Notes under the pieces: generated by a model
What the model saw: only the letters and a program-made list of their open reading frames with translations
Databases searched by the model: none
What the model was told of the DNA's origin: nothing
Source of the DNA: Coleofasciculus chthonoplastes F2-STO-03
GTDB taxonomy: Bacteria > Cyanobacteriota > Cyanobacteriia > Cyanobacteriales > Coleofasciculaceae
Length of the DNA stretch: 18,256 bases
Direction: 5' to 3'
Assembly: GCA_040222015.1 (NCBI GenBank)
Contig: JAVJWO010000032.1
Location: forward strand, 1-18,256
In this document: positions 17,306 through 18,256 of the stretch, one piece after another
Layout of the letters: each line of letters starts with the position of its first letter
How positions within the stretch are numbered: position 1 is the stretch's first letter
Translations under genes and position numbers: made by a program

Positions 17306-17485
17306 GTCTAGTCTAGTGCAACGCTTTTATACTACCGACTGTAAAATGGGGGAGTATTGGTTTAGCTCACAGTGTTCTAGTGATTTTAAAGTGACGGGAG
17401 TGCGATCGCGATATCACAGAACTGGCTCCCTCATTCCCCTGACTGCTGTGCTAAGGTTACGTTGACTGGCATTGGGATACACCGA

Positions 17486-17890
17486 CTAAGGAGAGCGATC
17501 GCCGTAAACCTGTTCAAAGTGAGCATCAATCGGTTCGCAAAAGCTAGGTACACCTTGGTTGAGAGCAGACATCAGGACAGGTGTTGCTAGAATCGCGGGA
17601 AGTAGGGGAGTCTGGGCTAAGTATTCAATCACCTGAGTATAAGAGCCATCAAGCAAATCTTGGCGAAATTCCGGCTTACAAATAACCGCACGGCATTTTT
17701 TGGCTAAATCATCTAACCATCGAGCATTGTCGCTTTGGGGTTGTTGTCCCGCCCGAATTGCGAGTGCGATCGCGGCGTCTTCTAAATCTCCCTCGCAATC
17801 CTCAATCGCATCAAGCGCTTGCATCGCTTCGGCGTTATGGGAAAGCTGAGAACGGAATCGGGCAATTTCTTGAGAGGTCACAATAGTCAT
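17486..17890 (-). CDS. Conserved cyanobacterial hypothetical protein (134 aa)
   Basis: ATG-started ORF with AIEDCEGDLEDAAI and LAKKCRAVIC motifs; contains HIP1 sites like native genes. Confidence 0.8.
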   Translation of the reverse strand: MTIVTSQEIARFRSQLSHNAEAMQALDAIEDCEGDLEDAAIALAIRAGQQPQSDNARWLDDLAKKCRAVICKPEFRQDLLDGSYTQVIEYLAQTPLLPAILATPVLMSALNQGVPSFCEPIDAHFEQVYGDRSP

Positions 17891-18125
17891 AGTTTATTTT
17901 GGGCAACTTACCCAGCCTGGAACAGGGTTTGGCAACTATAACTATTTTCGTCTATTGCACTGTTGAACTACCATCTGTAGGGAACCCTTGATTAAGAGTC
18001 CCCTATCTAGTGCCATAAGGCAGAAATAACGCCAACAGCAAACATCTCCCCCAGCTTTTCTATACCGACAAAGCTGCTCACCTATTTCCGCTATGACACG
18101 CCTAGCAGCAGATCGCCAACTAAAT

Positions 18126-18179
18126 GTCGGCAGGGGTCGCCCGTTATACCCGTAGGGTTAACGGGTGGGGAATGCCGAC
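18126..18179. mobile_element. Subterminal hairpin of an IS200/IS605-family element
   Basis: Nested stems GTCGGCA/TGCCGAC, CCCGTTA/TAACGGG and ACCC/GGGT just downstream of the tnpA stop. Confidence 0.65.
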
Positions 18180-18207
18180 CAGTATAAAACTGAGCGACAG
18201 CGAATCC

Positions 18208-18255
18208 TTATAATTCTGGAGTTGCTTGCTGTTCGACATATTTCTTGATCTGTTC
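18208..18255 (-). CDS. tnpA: IS200/IS605 Y1 transposase, C-terminal 15 residues (rest outside window)
   Basis: EQIKKYVEQQATPEL* matches the catalytic Tyr helix (IxxYxxxQ) of TnpA; adjacent hairpin. Confidence 0.7.
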   Translation of the reverse strand, partial: EQIKKYVEQQATPEL

Positions 18256-18256
18256 A

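Larger units (their letters stand above)
4867..17773. repeat. HIP1 octamers (GCGATCGC), 12 dispersed copies
   Basis: Found by eye at 4867, 6159, 6417, 7823, 10167, 11354, 11966, 12237, 15966, 17402, 17495 and 17766. Confidence 0.9.

Overview
Chromosomal window from a filamentous cyanobacterium (psbDC, 12 HIP1 GCGATCGC sites, heptamer tandem repeats). Core genes are psbD (3' part), psbC, an SGNH hydrolase, an LMW-PTP, a pyrF-pyrE fusion, a Ser/Thr kinase and two conserved hypotheticals. They alternate with accessory DNA: (1) a complete BamHI-like C-R/M restriction-modification cassette; (2) a REP/MITE-rich patch with nested insertions and a decayed Phd-PIN pair; (3) a cluster of intact and broken vapBC-type modules; (4) an AT-rich, HIP1-free RiPP locus. 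The RiPP locus is the most interesting part. It has an MvdC/MvdD-type ATP-grasp ligase, a 90-aa precursor with a non-microviridin Thr/Ser-rich then Asp-rich core behind a Gly-Gly motif, and a degenerate second core missed by the ORF track. A divergent HTH-NB-ARC (STAND) gene faces 10-bp-phased repeats upstream of the precursor. The window ends in the 3' tip of an IS200/IS605 tnpA. All calls come from manual reading and recalled family motifs; no searches were run.
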